From contig CAVUDP010000002.1 in assembly GCA_963740315.1 (NCBI GenBank), positions 3,072,001-3,136,000 of the forward strand: a stretch of 64,000 bases of DNA. The letters are read 5' to 3'. A model generated the notes under the pieces. The model was not told where the DNA came from and made no database searches. It saw only the letters and a program-made list of their open reading frames with translations. A program made the translations under genes and the position numbers. The DNA is from an uncultured cyanobacterium. GTDB taxonomy: Bacteria > Cyanobacteriota > Cyanobacteriia > Cyanobacteriales > Nostocaceae. Below are positions 63,100-64,000 of this stretch, piece by piece (positions within the stretch are counted from its first letter, which is position 1; every line of letters starts with the position of its first letter).

Positions 63100-64000
63100 T
63101 TACATTTGAGCGATCGCTAAAGCAACAGTTGCTAGTATTGCGGCGATAACGTAGAATACTGCAACTACTTGTAGTTCAGACCAACCTGTAAGTTCTAAAT
63201 GATGATGTAAAGGTGCCATTTTGAACAAGCGTTTTCCTTTACCATCGGGTCCTTTTGTCGCTTTATAGTAACTTACCTGTGCCATTACTGAAAGCGTTTC
63301 TACAAAGAAGATACCGCTAATTATAAACAGCGCTACTAAAGTATTAGACAACAATCCAACTGCTGCTAAACCTCCTCCTAACGCTAGGGAACCTGTATCT
63401 CCCATGAAAACGCGAGCGGGGTTGCGGTTGTGGGCTAAAAATCCAACACAAGCACCGCTAAAAGATGCACAGAAAACCATTAATCCGGTTGAAGCTGGTG
63501 CAACAACTACAGCTAATGTTAATAGTGCGATCGCCGCAGTACCAGCAGCTAATCCATCAACACCGTCAGTTAAGTTTGTGGCATTACTTTCTGCCACCAT
63601 TACAAAACAAGATAAAGGTAAAAATAACAACCACCCTAAAGGCAAAGAAAAGCCCAAGGGAAAAGAAATACTCGTAATACTATCCGGTTGACTAATAAAT
63701 AACCACGCGCAAAAAGCCACCGCGAAACCAACTTGTAAAGCCAGCTTCATTTTAGGTGAAATACCTTTATTCGACTTACGGCGAAGAATTTGCCAATCGT
63801 CAATCCAGCCAACAAACCCGTAGCTTAATGTCAAAGCCGACACAGCAAGAGTTTCTGTAGCGAAATTAGATAATACCACCGCAACTACTAAAGCTACGGG
63901 AACAAAGAATATGCCTCCCATTGTCGGGGTACCGGCTTTCTTTAAATGGGCTTGGGGACCATCCTCGCGAATGACTTGCCCAGCCTTAAGCGCACAGAGC
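63100..64000 (-). CDS. mraY: Phospho-N-acetylmuramoyl-pentapeptide transferase (5' end outside window)
   Basis: Frame open to the window edge: GQVIREDGP..H.KKAGTPTMGG, NATNLTDGVDGL, FMGDTGS, MAPLHHH. Confidence 0.96.
   Translation of the reverse strand, partial: LCALKAGQVIREDGPQAHLKKAGTPTMGGIFFVPVALVVAVVLSNFATETLAVSALTLSYGFVGWIDDWQILRRKSNKGISPKMKLALQVGFAVAFCAWLFISQPDSITSISFPLGFSLPLGWLLFLPLSCFVMVAESNATNLTDGVDGLAAGTAAIALLTLAVVVAPASTGLMVFCASFSGACVGFLAHNRNPARVFMGDTGSLALGGGLAAVGLLSNTLVALFIISGIFFVETLSVMAQVSYYKATKGPDGKGKRLFKMAPLHHHLELTGWSELQVVAVFYVIAAILATVALAIAQM

Noticed and set aside
1..64000. tRNA, rRNA, integrase, transposase or cas genes
   Set aside because: None recognised by eye; a tRNAscan/Infernal run would be needed to exclude them fully

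Overview
Chromosomal window from a filamentous cyanobacterium, very likely a heterocyst- and hormogonium-forming Nostocales member (inferred from frequent HIP1 GCGATCGC octamers, STRR arrays, the hps locus and an NsiR1-like sRNA). It is mostly housekeeping: htpG, rpmB, the hormogonium polysaccharide/pilin-like hps cluster, DUF502-nusB-ftsY, a PP2C phosphatase, psbP-maf, era, a sodium:solute symporter, rlmN, cobM, lgt, coaD, tldD/tldE, cysS, a CobW GTPase, dtd, psb28 and a partial mraY. Accessory parts are a LysR/SnoaL/oxidoreductase module, a HEPN-like ORF next to an AAA-ATPase/nuclease gene, and a decaying cluster (two asparagine-synthetase-like genes and an atypical LysA-like gene). The most notable non-coding signals are: (1) a protein-less IscB-type omegaRNA (HEARO) mini-element inserted immediately before the ATG(AA) start codon of the DUF502-nusB-ftsY cluster; (2) a solitary NsiR1-like sRNA with a TCCGGA (DIF1) promoter; (3) a 22-nt micro-element inserted precisely into a HIP1 site that splits a gene; (4) many nested or asymmetrically amplified GTAG-type palindromic repeats. 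All family assignments are from motif recognition by eye; no searches were run.
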